Shown one piece after another: positions 12,599 through 25,830 of a stretch of 64,000 nt of DNA (position 1 is its first letter; every line of letters begins with the position of its first letter). The notes below the pieces were generated by a model. That model worked only from the letters and a program-made list of their open reading frames with translations. It was not told where the DNA came from and made no database searches. Source of the stretch: Octopus sinensis (taxonomy: Eukaryota). The translations under genes and the position numbers were made by a program. The stretch lies in the NCBI RefSeq assembly GCF_006345805.1, contig NC_043004.1:47492001-47556000 (forward strand), given 5' to 3'.

Positions 12599-13020
12599 GG
12601 ATCTTTTCGGTTTGAACGGCAGTTTTTTCTAGCGATGAAATTGTCTAGCAATGAAATTTTCATCCATAATTATGACCCTAGTATCGATCTATTGCATTTC
12701 AATCTGTTTTAGAGTTAGAGATAAGGGTGGGAGAAGGGTATCTTATTTTCTTCACAAATGTAAATAAACCCAATCTATTTCTTAAACGAGGGACATATTC
12801 ATACGGCACAGAATGTTTTCAGCTCAACAGGCGTCATTGGTTGGTTGAAATTGAAGAAATTGAAGAAAAAACTACATATATATTACAAACTATAGAACTT
12901 TCTCAATAAAGCCAAGAGAAAAAGATCTTTTATAAACACATTCTACCAGTATACGAAGTTTAAAATTTTTAGTTACCTAGAAATTATTTTAAAATACTGC
13001 CGTTGAAACTGAAAAGATCC
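12599..13020. mobile_element. Second copy of the GGATC-TIR MITE
   Basis: TIRs GGATCTTTTCGGTTTGAACGGCAG...CTGCCGTTGAAACTGAAAAGATCC. TSD TAATTCGA at 12591-12598 and 13021-13028. Collinear with 9801-10237; the telomeric tract is reduced to TTAGAGTTAGAGATAAGGG. Confidence 0.9.
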
Positions 13021-13785
13021 TAATTCGATTTTATAGCACCATAGTGTTTCCTTTTAGCTATTGAATAAAACAATATCCTATACACTTGCACGGCGTCATC
13101 ATCATAATACCGAGGGCGCAATATATTTTGATGCCTATGTGGCCATACTGTTTGATCAGCAAAGCGATTTTTTTCTTAAACGAGACCTCGCTGCTCGCAA
13201 CAAAAGTGGAAGAAAATATTTTGTTCATAGAATTTGTGATGAATTATGTTTAAAATAAGAGGAACCTCATGCTTCAATCGCATTTAATTTAGATATTGAC
13301 AGTCAGGACTGACGTTCCGCTAAGCGATTTCTTCATTATTGTATTATTCATTTCAAAGACAACAATAATGTTTGAAATTTAAGGACAAATTTTGAGTAGA
13401 GGAGCAAGTATGTGACGCGTGATCTATAGACTCCGGAAAGATTGAGAATAGCATAGAACTTGCAAGGTTTGAACCTAAGACACCAGAACAAATGACACAA
13501 TGCGTTTTATTCGACGTTCTAAAGGTTCTGCCAGTTTGTATCGTAGTTGCTTTCGATGTAAGCATAAAGCCAATAATTTTAAAGATATGTAATTATTTGA
13601 TCAAATTGCCAATAGGGTTTGTGACCCCAAGAAATTCGATTGCAGCTGAGTAATACAGCGACGTGAAACGAAATGCTGTGTCCGAGATTTGAACCCATAA
13701 ACTAACGCTCATCAAGCAAGCACCCTAATGTCTAAGTTACGCGCCTCCGCAAATAAAGGATTTTTTTTAAATATGAGAATCAGAC

Positions 13786-13985
13786 AAGGCGGTGAGATGG
13801 CGGAATCGTTACTACAAAGAGCAAAATGCATAGCGGCATTTTGTCCGTCTGTACTGAGCTCAAATTCTGCCGAGGTCGACTTGGTCTTCCATCATTTCGG
13901 GTTCGATAAAGTAACAGTTGAGCACTGGGGTTGATGTAATCGACCTACCCCTTCCTCGAAATCACTGGCTTTGCGCCAAAATTTC
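13786..13985 (+). mobile_element. SINE family B, degraded
   Basis: AAGGCGGTGAGATGGCGGAATCGTT...TCAAATTCTGCCGAGGTCGACTT...CACTGGGGTTGATGTAATCGAC; homologous to 25548-25742 and 37962-38192. Confidence 0.7.
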
Positions 13986-15877
13986 CAAATAATAATAGCA
14001 TGAGGTCTGAAATGCCGAGGGGAGGGGTTAGTCGATTCTGCCTCCTCACCGGCTGTACAATTTCTACTTTTCGCACAATGTTGGGAATTTGGTAGAGGAG
14101 CGATGCCAGGCATCAAATTATATCCTGTAGCTATGGCTATCTTCATATACCTTATCCATTTAATTACTGGGGAATTTATTAATAAAATAATTTAGTTTGT
14201 TTGATACAATCGGAAACATCTCCTTTTAGTGTATTAATTACGGGTATGTACTTTATGGACCTCAGAAATGTAAAATTAAAATTCACGAAAAGTTCAAGTG
14301 AAAAGGCAGTTAAAGAAATTATGTAAAATATATTTTGCTCGTTGCTTTTATGTTATTTCGTACTCCATTATGCTATTCATATAAATATTAACTTCCCTAT
14401 CAGCGATATTGTAATGCTGAAGTAATTGATGTCACACCCTGTCTCAAATGAACACAGCGCCCTTGCCGTAAAAGATACTGATATAGGAAAGCTAAAGGTG
14501 AAGCATTACATTTACAGCTATATTTGCCACTAAACTGAGGTGTGAATGTATTGATGAGCACAATAAGACACTTATTGAAAGCATGTACATACTAAAACAA
14601 ACCTTCTTATTAGTAAAGTTGAAACTAACATATATAATGTAGTAAACAAAGATATTATAATTAACAAAATTGCACACTTTGTGAGAACTCCTTAATTATC
14701 TAACTCTGGTCACAAAGTGAGGAGAGATGACACGCAGAGTTTAAATTAATTATAAGTGGAAAAAGAAATTATATTTCTCAGTATGGTAAAGTTCGGGATA
14801 TGATGTAGCCTTACTATAAGTCATCAGTGAAGTAAAGACTAGCTTTTACTAATGATATTAAATAACTAGAATTGTTTCTAGATAAACACAGAGGCGCTCT
14901 GTAGCTCAATAGATGAAAATTCCCAGAAACACCTGCTGTATGGGTAACAATTAGTGAAGTAGGTATTAGCATGCATAATGAGGTGAGCTGAGAAATAATT
15001 AATTATCAGTGAAAAGAACCAGTTATTACCTAAATGACTTACTCTAATCAATTGTGTGTTGTTCAACGAAAAATTGAATATATTTACTTAGCATATAATT
15101 GTTTTTAACGAAATGCGTAAAAAGTGTTGTGAAATTATTCACTTTTTAATGTCAACTATTGTCACTGTTGTTGTTGTTGTTGTTACTGCTGCTGCTGTTT
15201 CTGTTGTTGTTGTTGTTGTTGTTGTTTTTGTTGCTGTTGTTGTTTTTGCTTCTGTTGTTGAGGCAAGATATGCTCCTTTGTATAGTGGCTCTGGCAAAAA
15301 TAGGTTTTGTGGTGAAAGTAGCTGAAAGGATTGGAAAGAGAAAACTTCCTCTTCAATTGATCTCTTATCCACAGTTTCCAGTTCTACTTGCAAGGTGACG
15401 GTGAATATGCAAGTGTTCACCACGCGCAAATTTGTAAAAGGGAGAGTGATTATGGCAAACATGGTTCTATTTTATACATGCATTTGTAGAGTGGAAAACA
15501 AGAGAAAGGTAGGTTTTGTGCCTTCGTGATCAGGGTAACTCTGGATCTGTGGGAGTTCACTTAGAGACCCATATTCTCGATTTTCTCTGCAATGCTTAAC
15601 TAAGTGCGGACCATACTACTTAATCTGACATAAAGGGATGAACCTTTAGATAGATATGTGGGAAGAGTGGAATTTCCCTTCCTTCGAATTTATTCCTGTA
15701 GATTCTAAAGTTGGACACAGGTGAAGCTGACGAAATAAACTCCATCGGTACACCAGGGCTGATGTTCTTCAGCACTCATTGTTGGTGATTGATATCGCAA
15801 CACAGCGATTATAGAGAGTGAGGATATAAATATCATAACTTTTTTCTCTATGCGAATTTGTGATATACACATAATCT

Positions 15878-16080
15878 AAGGGGGCGAGCTGGCAGTAACC
15901 TTAGAGCATCGGAAAGAAATGTTTTGCAGCATTTGTTCCAGCACGTTACGCTTTGATTTCAAATCTTGCTGATGTTGATTTTGCACTTAATCATTCGAAG
16001 TCTGTAAAATAAACAATCCATCAAGTATTGGGGTTCGATGGAATGGACAAAATCCCACAAAAGGATGTAACATACTAAAT
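15878..16080 (+). mobile_element. SINE family B, highly degraded
   Basis: Head AAGGGGGCGAGCTGGCAG...TTCAAATCTTGCTG; internal GTATTGGGGTTCGATG. Confidence 0.55.
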
Positions 16081-16374
16081 CAATATGTTTAAGTTGGCTC
16101 TACTTTATTAAATAATTTATATCTTACTGAATAAGGCTTTCTAGCTAAATATAGGATGTACATCCAAAATTCTTTGATGAAGTTCGATTAAATGCACGTA
16201 GACAATAGATTAAACTATAAACAGTACCAAAATATCTTTCTATATTCTGGCCCTTTTTTCTTAATTTATGAATATTGTACTCATATAATTTTACAACAAA
16301 TTTCAGGGTCAAGTAAAAAATGATAGTTCCCATGAACAATTTATTATGAATAATAGACACGTACATGCATGAGA

Positions 16375-16716
16375 AAGAGCGGAAGAGAACCCCTTCGGTC
16401 GTGAATGACCATGGGATTGCACCTAGAAAATTACCCTCGCAGTCACAAGTCCGGGCAAGATTCTTTGTGGAAGGCCAGTAGTCGCCCATGCTTAATAGCC
16501 TCCCCTCTCCACAACACCCATGTTATCCAAGGGAAAGGGAAAGGCCGATACAGCTTGGCACCAGTGACGTCACAACTCATTCCAACAGCTGTATTAACCG
16601 GATCAACGTGAAATAAAGTGTTTTGCTCAAGAACACAACACGCAGCCCGGTCCGGGAATCGAACTCACAACCTAGCGATCGTAAGCTCGATGAATTAACC
16701 ACTGAGCCATGCGCCT
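16375..16716 (-). mobile_element. tRNA-derived SINE, family C
   Basis: Minus-strand head AGGCGCATGGCTCAGTGG (A box)...GAGTTCGATTCCCGG (B box), followed by GTGTTCTTGAGCAAAACACTTTATTTCACG. Confidence 0.8.
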
Positions 16717-17470
16717 TCGCACGTACATGCATAAAAACATAGAAATACACACATACATAGATATGTATATAGATACATACATGCACACAAACATATACGT
16801 ACATACATATATACATACATTCACAAATACATTCATAGTTACATAAAATGATGGATACATATACATGTTCATACACACCTTTGTTCTCTTCCCTTCCTTC
16901 TACTTGTTTTAAGCCTTCGTTTATCCATTTACCCCTACTTCCTCTTCTCCTTTTCTCCTTCCTACGCATATCAATTTACTAGATCTAAATGCTCAATTCT
17001 ATTATTCATTTTATTTTTCATTGTGTTTAACACATTCTTCTAAATTGACCATGAAGTTAGAATTGTAATTTAAAGCCAGCCTGACCTTTTTTCTATTTCT
17101 TTATTTCTGTATTTTATACTTTATTTACAATTTTTTTTTTCCGTCGTTATGTCTATTGGCTAAGTTTTGCCTGTAAACTGCTGTTGTTACTCTGAATGAA
17201 ACGGCGGTAGCATCTAACGAAGTACTTATTTAAACAATCACCAGTGGAGTGTTATTTTAAACATTGGATGGGCGATAAATGGTCTCATAAAACCTCACCA
17301 ATGCACTACAGCTGTAAAAGTGTGTTGAGATAATCGTAGTGATTTTAGATAAAAGAATCTCGTACATTCCATTTTCTTTCATTTCTCTATTTATAAATAT
17401 ATGCATCTATTATATGGCTGTATATAAACCTATGTGAACACAAATATATAATATATGCATGTATATATAT

Positions 17471-17664
17471 GTCACCATGATACATCGTTAGCCACAACAC
17501 ACATTTTTTTCTCTCTTTGTTTTTTTTTTCTGTGTCCCTTTCTATAGAAGAGCGTAGACTCGAAACGTAAGAGACATTTTCTATTCCTGAGCGTTATACT
17601 AATACATCTGTTTGTTTTGTACACCACCTGACTTCGTCTTTTGTTTTTTTTCGTAAACTATCCC
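17471..17664 (+). mobile_element. Short PLE-derived element (hammerhead family 2)
   Basis: CTTT CTATAGA A GAGC GTAG ACTC GAA ACGT A at 17538-17570 (two substitutions from the family pattern); TA-rich flanks on both sides. Confidence 0.8.
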
Positions 17665-17929
17665 TATATATATATATACAGAGAGATAGAGGGGGAGAAT
17701 GAGAGAGATCAGTATGTAAGTGTGTATTGTATGAATATGTGTGTAAGTATGTGTGTGTGCGTGTATGACTGCATAAATATATATGGAAATATCCGTGTAT
17801 TAGCCTGATGTAGATAAGTTTGTATAAGTGCACACATTTAGAATATGTCTTGGATTTTAATATTGTTTAATTAAAAAAGATAATTGTTAGGGCGTTGAAA
17901 AGATTACATTAAGTTTGTTCAAACTCTAT

Positions 17930-18073
17930 ATACTTTTCTACTCTAGGCACAAGAGCCGAAATGTTGGGGTTGGGGTGGGGGGCCAGTCTATTTTACTGCC
18001 CCCAGTTCGCAACTGGTACTTAATTTATCGATCCCGAAAGGATTAAAAGCAAAGTCGACCTTGGTGGAATTTT
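17930..18073 (-). mobile_element. SINE family B, 3' half
   Basis: Reverse complement of the family B body and tail (CTTTTCTACTCTAGGCACAAG...GGTACTTAATTTATCGATCCCGAAAGG...GTCGACCTTGGTGGAATTT). Confidence 0.7.
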
Positions 18074-18339
18074 GTACAGGCTCGATATTCTCAAATGAAA
18101 TCTAACAAAGGGGAAACTCTAGGAAGTGGTCGATAAAATATAAAGCAAGTTTAGTAATATGGTCGATCTAGTTGTCTTAACTAGTTGTCTTAACTCGTCG
18201 GATTGCAATTGATAGACTTGTACCTAAATTAGTAACCGTTTAAATTATTGCGCTGCGGCCAAGTTGAAGCACCGTTTTTTTTTTTTCTGATTTACTTAAT
18301 TAGTCCAATCTCTTCTAATCTCTTATTTGCCATATGCAG

Positions 18340-18478
18340 CACAAACACACACACACACAAACTCGCACATACATACATATAATTAAATATATGCGCATAC
18401 ATGCACACTCACATATACATGCATGTCTATTATGTTGTGTGTGTGGATGTGTGAGTGTCAGGGATTCTGCACTGTATA

Positions 18479-18517
<39 letters not shown>

Positions 18518-18610
18518 ATATATATATATATATGTTAATAAATGAAATAAAACATATGCATATATATAAACATATATGTACGTACCTACCTCTCTCTCTA
18601 TATATATATG

Positions 18611-18644
<34 letters not shown>

Positions 18645-18695
18645 ATATTATATATACATATAATATATATATATAAGTATATATAATATATAATA

Positions 18696-18742
<47 letters not shown>

Positions 18743-19191
18743 GATATCTGTATATATATATATATGATAGAGACAGACATATACACTGGCATACAGTGAG
18801 TATATATAAACATGCACGCAAATATAGACATTTTTACATGGATATGTAGAGATGTATATACTTATATATAGATCTATGTATGCATGTATGTATGAATGTA
18901 TGTATCCGTGCATACCTAATGTGTATTTGCATGTAAGTATGCGTGTATGGGTGTCTGTGTACGCAGGTGTTCGGGAATGTTACGAAGTAAATATAAGACA
19001 CTAAACAAGAATCCAATATGCTATAAAGGAGAGTTTCTTGTGAATAACTTGCGAGTAATTAAATAATGGAATATACCAACCGAAAGTAATTAGATAAAAT
19101 GTTAAATTCTGCAAGACTTGTATCTGACAATGAAAGTTGAAAATATCTAGGTATGCATAATAATATGAACATATATGTATGTATGTATATG

Positions 19192-19280
<89 letters not shown>

Positions 19281-19315
19281 TTGTGTGTGTGTGTGTGCGT
19301 GTGTGTATGTATATC

Positions 19316-19347
<32 letters not shown>

Positions 19348-20353
19348 TACATGAGGCATACACTAATGTATTCATACATATATATATACACACATACATA
19401 TGTATATATATATATATGCATATATATGTACATATATACGTATGTGTATGTATATATGTAAGTATATATAGATATATACACAGACATACACTTCTTTTAT
19501 GCATATATGTATATATATATATTACATATATTTACATGCATATATGTATATATGTGTATGTATACACGTATGTGTGTATGTTTATATTCTGAGATGTATT
19601 GTGCATATCCTTGTGTATTTGACATGTCGATAATCATACAGCCCTGCATGCGTTCGGCTGCATATCCGCACTGGTTGTATTATATAGATATAAGCACACG
19701 CATCACGTACCACTTACACTAAACATTAGATATGTAAGAAAGAAAATGGGAGATAAAGTTTTGATAAACTGATATAGCCTGCGCATACTTAGCTGCAATG
19801 CCCTGAAGATATACGAGATAATGATAGAGAAGAAGAAGTATAAGATATTACAACAAATATCAGGAAAGAGAAAGGAAAGATAAGTGTGAAAAAATAATGA
19901 TGAAAAGTATGTTAGAGAAAGGTGTAATAAATATAGAGATGAATAAAAGCACAGGTTAAAGGAGATTTCTACAAGACAAGGCGAGAAAAATATAAAACGT
20001 TGAGTGTGGTTAGAAAAAATGTATATGTTCAAAAGAAAACCGAAATACATCACCCGAGATATAAGTATAAAAGAAGATATTCTAAATATATGATCTGACG
20101 TACAATAACTGTAATTGTGATATATATATTCCAACAGTTATGTGTGAGTGTATCTATGTGTGCATGAATGTGTGGTGTGCGTGTGTGTATATGTATGTGT
20201 GTCTTGTGTTTGTATATATGCATGTATGCGTTCAGTCGTATATTTGTGTATACATACTAAGTATATATCGGTAAATGTAAGCACGTTTGTGCATATATAG
20301 ATATATGTGTGTGTACGTGTATATAAATGTGTGTATATATATACATATATACA

Positions 20354-20399
<46 letters not shown>

Positions 20400-20441
20400 C
20401 ACTGATATATATATGTATATATATATATATATACGCGCGTG

Positions 20442-20484
<43 letters not shown>

Positions 20485-20558
20485 GTATGTATGCATACGT
20501 ACATGTATACATGTATGTATATATATGTATATATATATATATAACTATCTCTCTCCCA

Positions 20559-20604
<46 letters not shown>

Positions 20605-21110
20605 GTACGTTGAGAGAAAGCTACATAGGTGCAAATCTTCGCGCGTGCGAACGCGTCTGTGCGTATGTCCTCAAGCATTTACGTGTAATATTTCAGATTC
20701 TTCACTAACGGTTATACAAATGTTTATGCCTTTGAAGTAATATATTTGTCCCGTTCATGCTTTCAATATATGTTTGCGTATGTGTGTGTGTATTTGAGCG
20801 TGTACGTGCTTGGGTGTGCGTATGTGTTCGTAGATGCTTGTATGTGTATACGTGCGTATGTGTGTATCATGTGTGTGTGTGTGCGGTTAGCATAATTATA
20901 ATTATACACATAAAGACATATGTGCCTATATATTGATTTGGTGCTTGCTGATTATGATTTGGAAGTTGAACTGTAGAACATTTCGTTTCAGATATCTGAC
21001 TCTGACACACACACGAACACAGATACGCATGCGCGGGCGGATGCATATATAGATACGTTTATTCATGTGTGCATTCGTACGTATATGTATATATATATAT
21101 AGAGAGAGAG
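18340..21110. repeat. Extended low-complexity region of degenerate (TA)n/(CA)n/(GT)n/(CT)n microsatellites
   Basis: Directly visible; explains the many [12 protein letters not shown] ORFs in the track. Confidence 0.9.
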
Positions 21111-21480
21111 AGATCTTATATAAAATCCGTTCTGTCTGTCTGTGTGCGTCTGTGGCTTCTAGGTTCTCGAGCATTCTCCATCCGATTGCGCTCAAATTTG
21201 ATACATAGATACCGACGGTATCAGAGTGTGTATAAGTCTTGAAAAAATTGCAAAAATCGATTCCAGATGAGAATGCCAACGATAAAGCCGTGGGAAATCG
21301 CTTTTCTTTGGAATAGAAAAAAGTATATCTTTATTTCTTCTTTTGCTGGTGTCTCAAAGTTAGGTTAAATCAGCGTTTCTCAAAGGGGAGACCTATGGGA
21401 CGGGCAGACAAGTTGTTTTGAGACGATTTGGCTTAAATGTTTCACAACCCAGCACTGTCCATTGGACGATATATATATAT

Positions 21481-21528
<48 letters not shown>

Positions 21529-21914
21529 GAGTGAGAGAGAGAAAAGGGAAGAGGAAAATATTGATGCAATTAAACAAATTAACACGCTTGGTCTTGATAC
21601 ATGAAATATACATACATGTATACATGTAAATATACATATATAGGGATATATAAAGACAGAGAGAACCAAAAACTGAAAATATGCAGATCAACATTCATGT
21701 ATGAGCACAAGGATTTTTATATATTTGCCTAACATATTTACATGCAGTTCAACAGATACAGAAAACTAATGGAAGAGAGCATAGTATTTCAGGTACGATA
21801 GTTGTTTCTGGGAGCCCGGAAGTACGTAATAATTGTGATGTTGGCCGTTGAAGTGTGCAAAATATCAATAATATGCAACTAGATGCAACTAGGATACATA
21901 TAAACGTTGCTGTA

Positions 21915-22968
21915 AACCACAGGAGTCTCTCCACCCTGGAGATGGGAGCCAGAGGTGTAGTAATGCTTCGCAATCATTTGCTTATCTGACGTGTAGCGCA
22001 ATTGTGCACTTGTACAAGAAAAGTTTGATCTGATGTACGGTTGGCAACACATTAATGATTAAACAAATCATCAGAAAATTGCGCAACTTGGAGGTATTCC
22101 TGTAAGTTTAATATTCAGTTTTGGGTGCTGGTAACGCAGGGCCTGGAATTTTTCAGGATTAAACTGCATATTATTATCCTCAGCCCATCTGTAGATAGAG
22201 TCCAACTCCTGCTGCAGGTGTGCAACATCGCTGAGGTTCTGTATTTTCTGCGAGACTTTCGTATCGTCTGCATAGCTGGCCAGAGTGGCTATCCGGGCTT
22301 TGAGGGCATATCTGAGAGGGCCACTATAAAAAGCAGTGGTCCCAAGACAGTGCCCTGTGGAACACCGCTCACTATTTGTGTGTTCATAACAACTACTGCC
22401 TGACTCCTATCTTTCAGGAAGTCATGCAACCACATTCTAAGTTTTCCAGCTATGCCGAGATCACGTAGTTTGTGGCATATCATACCATGATCCACCTTGT
22501 CAAAAGCTTTTGCAAAATCAAGGTAGATTACGTCCACATTTAATTTGTTGAGTAACTGCCTCAACACCCAGTCATAATGCTGTAAGAGCTGGGTCAGGCA
22601 GCTCCTACCTGGTCGAAAACCATGCTGGGTATCACTCAGCAAGTTATTTTCCTCAAGGAATGCGATTAGTTTCTTTCTGACTATCCGTTCCATGACTTTG
22701 CTGATGTGTGAAGTCAGAGAGATAGGCCTATAGTTTGAGGCATCTGCTCTACTTCCCCCTTTATGCATTGGGCATATTATTCCCTCCTTCAGCCTGCTTG
22801 GCAGTTTGCCATTCGCAAGAAAGCTCTGGGATAGAATCTTGAGGGGGTTTGCCAGGGCATGCTTACATGCTTTGAGGAGGATTGCTGGCAAATCGTCTGG
22901 ACCAGCAGTTGAGTTTGTGTCCACTTAATCTATGGCTAGTAGGAAATCTTCTTCGCTAATGACAATAC
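21915..22968 (-). mobile_element. CR1-clade LINE reverse transcriptase fragment (pseudogene)
   Basis: ORF 22289-22924 has NYRPISLTSHISKVMERIV, QHGFRPGRSCLTQLL, YLDFAKAFDKVDH and GVPQGTVLGPLLF. After a frameshift: ATLASYADDTKV...LQQELDSIYRWAEDNNMQFNPEKF. Confidence 0.92.
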
Positions 22969-23058
22969 ATTATATATATATATATATATATATATACATT
23001 ATTGGTGAATTGAAGAAATGGACCTGAACGCAGATTGAACAGAAATCGTTTTATTTCA

Positions 23059-23138
23059 TTCTACACGTGTTTCGAAAGGCACAAATTACCAAAATCCGAT
23101 TGAATAATGGGACCATATTGTGTCTTTCTCTTCAGGAA
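23059..23138 (-). ncRNA. Type I hammerhead ribozyme motif with a canonical core
   Basis: Minus strand: TTC CTGAAGA GAAAG-ACACAA (loop) TTGTG-C-CTTTC GAA ACACGTGT A GAA. Stem I TTC/GAA, long stem II, palindromic stem III ACACGTGT; predicted cleavage after GUA at 23062. Confidence 0.75.
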
Positions 23139-23744
23139 GAAAAAAGGAAATCCGTTGGAAAAACAAAAACAGAACAGAGGCGGAGCAAAAAACAAATCGA
23201 ACTGTGCTCCTAGAGCCCATGGCGAAACTGTTTATCAGTGTACGTTGAGAACCGGTGGCTGAAGAATTCAACGGGTCAGGCATCGGTCAATCATGTGGGT
23301 GAGGGTGTATAGATGTTCTTTGTGACCGAGAATAAAGTTCTGACTATTTAAAGAATATTGGATGTTTTATAAGTGGCGAGAAAAAATCTACTTAGAGACG
23401 TGTGGTGTGTGATACTGTTCTATATATGTGTGTGTTGGCGTAGGGGTAGAAAACATTTTTTGTGTACGTGTGTGCGTTTGATCGTTCGGCTGTCAGTGGC
23501 TACTGCTGTGATAACCGTTGGGTGGCAGAAAGAAAAAAAGAAAAAAATTATATATATATATTATGTTTTATGTGTGTGTGTGTTCATCTAAGCCTACCTT
23601 GTCAAGGAAACCCCCCGCTGTGAAAAAACCAAGCCCCGTTTGTCTTACAGGAGTAATTCCCATGCAGTGGTCAATCGTAGATATCTTAAAGGCTATTTCA
23701 GATTTGTTACCAAGGGCTATGGGTGCCGGTATTATTTATAAACG

Positions 23745-24233
23745 CTATTTAAAAGCCAGATAAGTGTAACGCCGCCAATGGGGGCATCGAAAAGCCGACT
23801 GTAAGAGCCCGTTTACCATCCGGCCTCTGGCAAACAAAATATGGAAGAGTTCGGAGACACAAAGGTTGCACTGTCTTCTGCCCCTATCAAATGGGAGGGC
23901 CACCGACAAAATTAACCATTCCAGCCTATAGCTTAAGTTCGCATCCTTCAGTCGCCATATTAGCTTACTGAGTCCCGTGGTCTGGCGCTTGTTCACGTCC
24001 CGAAAAGTTGCGTAATGGTTGGAGACACGCAAAGACAATCTTGAGGATGATGCCCCTACATAAGTGTAGGCATCTGAGTCCGTGTAAACCTTGCATTGGT
24101 AGACGGCGTTTTTGATCTTGGAGTTCGCCGACGTGAATCTTAATCTGCTAGGATTGGTTTCTGAAATTAGAACTGCGTTCCTGACACTATATTCGTTCCG
24201 AGACCTGCAGCCGCTTACTACTCTATTTTCCAC
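23745..24233 (-). pseudogene. PLE GIY-YIG endonuclease domain
   Basis: NAVYQCKV...YVGASS...RVSNHYATFR...TGLSKLIWRLK...WLIL...CNLCVSE...CPH, the PLE GIY-YIG layout with a C-terminal Cys/His cluster. Upstream frameshifts indicate inactivity. Confidence 0.88.
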
Positions 24234-25419
24234 TACGTCACTATTAACTATAGAATAACCCCTGATTCTCCACTATCTATCAGAGTGCTGTCATTGCTAC
24301 TGCCCGTGGTACTGCTATTGCGGGAAATGATGCTGGGGATGCTAATGGGGCTCTCTACCCTACTCCCATTGTTACCGTCAACCACAACACCCCTATTTAT
24401 AACTATACCCCTAGTGGGTACTCCTGGCTGGAGCTGAGATTATGTGTCACTTTACTGGCTCTCATATCATTATTACTACTATAATTATTCCTACTGAGTA
24501 TTAAACCGGAGCGGAAGAGGCTGTGCCTCCGGAAAAAGGTGATAGGGTCTTAGTAAGTAGCCTATTATTATGGGAGGCGATTATCTGGCGAGGTTTTTAG
24601 TGTTGGAGAAAGCTATCCTAACTTTATGTGAGTTAACCGTGGAGTAATATTTGGAATTTCTGGGGAAGTTATTGGCGATGGCTTGTCTAAACATGAGGGG
24701 GAGGTTAGTTCTAATCTGCTTACCAAAGGGGATTACAAACCATATATGCTTATTCCTATCAGTGTGATGGGTCGGGACGCCAGCTCTCGCATTCGGGTGG
24801 GTGATTCTCGGATGAATAACGGGTCTTGGTTAGTGTAAGACCTCCCGGATCGATAATTATCCTTGTTCGCTAAATTAAATGCGGGAGCGACTACCCCGGC
24901 ATCCGCCGCGCTCCCGTCCTTACTTAAAATGTTAATGTTATTATATACGGCCCTATCCTGATGACCGAATGATGGCATCGGAAGGGCCGGATCAATATAA
25001 ATTACCTTCTGCCTATAACCGGCCTTGGATAGTGCGGCCGTATTAAAATCCGCTTTCTGCATAAAAATATCGGCACTGGCGGACAAGCCAGACAATCTTA
25101 GAGAGATGTTTTTAACCAAATTGTCTGTTACGGTTTTGGCATGATTTGAGAAGACACTGACATACTTCAAATTAGGAAGGCTTATGGTAAGGCAGTATGA
25201 GTCGCTATTAAGGTTAATAGCGATTTCTGTTCAATCTGCGTTCAGCTCCATTTCATCAATTCACCAATAATGTTTAATTTCAATTATCCGCACCAACGCA
25301 CGGTTGCAACGCCAGATGGTTGTACCTCCAACCGTGCTGTTTACTGCTGTGATTTTTGCTACTAAGGTATCGGTTAAACTGTTGATTAATCTACTACAAG
25401 ATTCATCTTTCTATTTCAC

Positions 25420-25461
<42 letters not shown>

Positions 25462-25464
<3 letters not shown>

Positions 25465-25830
25465 GGCGGATTTCTTTCAGTTTCCGTCTTCCAAATCCAG
25501 TCACAAGGTTTTGGTCGGTCCGAGGCTATAGTAGAAAAACTTGCCGAAAGGCGGAGAGCTGGCAGAAACGTTAGTACGCCGTGCGAAATGCTGTTACGTT
25601 CTGAGTTCAAATTCCCCCAGATCGACTTTGCCTTTCCTCCTTTCGAGGTCGACAAATTAAGTACCAGCTGCGTACTGGGGGTTCGATCTTTTCGACTGGC
25701 CCCCTTCCCAGTAGTTCGAGTCTTGTGCCTTGAGTAGAAAAGAAAACACCTGCCGAAGGCGCCACGCAGTGGGACTGGACCCGGATCATGTAGTTGGTAA
25801 GCAAAGCTTCTTGACACCAGCCACGCCTTC
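25462..25830 (-). mobile_element. SINE family A 5' half, interrupted by a family B SINE
   Basis: TTTCAGTTTCCGTCTTCCAAATCC...GAGGCTATAGTAGAA resumes as ...GCCACGCAGTGGGACTGGACCC, collinear with 53715-53860. Confidence 0.75.
25548..25742 (+). mobile_element. SINE family B nested in a family A SINE
   Basis: AAGGCGGAGAGCTGGCAGAAACGTTAG...GAGTTCAAATTCC...TTGTGCCTTGAGTAGAAAAG; imperfect flanking duplication AAAAACTTGCCGAA / AAAACACCTGCCGAA. Confidence 0.8.

Larger units (their letters stand above)
22997..25272 (-). mobile_element. Penelope-like element, 5'-truncated, with an inverted terminal copy
   Basis: RT thumb and linker (KYVSVFSNH...ISLRLSGLS...; FRQAIANNFPRNSKYYSTVNSHKVRIAFSNTKNL), GIY-YIG domain, hammerhead in the 3' region. 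22997-23048 is repeated inverted at 25221-25272. Confidence 0.9.

Noticed and set aside
13040-13420. Possible piggyBac transposase C-terminus
   Set aside because: Only vague resemblance; no catalytic motif, TTAA TSD or TIRs identified.
15139-15800. ORF 15139-15462 and upstream sequence as a gene exon or LINE ORF1
   Set aside because: The Thr-rich part comes from a (GTT)n repeat, and no recognisable domain or splice context was found.
16640-16716. tRNA-like sequences (also ~44080-44146 and ~53800-53868) as tRNA genes
   Set aside because: A and B boxes are present, but each continues into a SINE body and no complete cloverleaf is evident.
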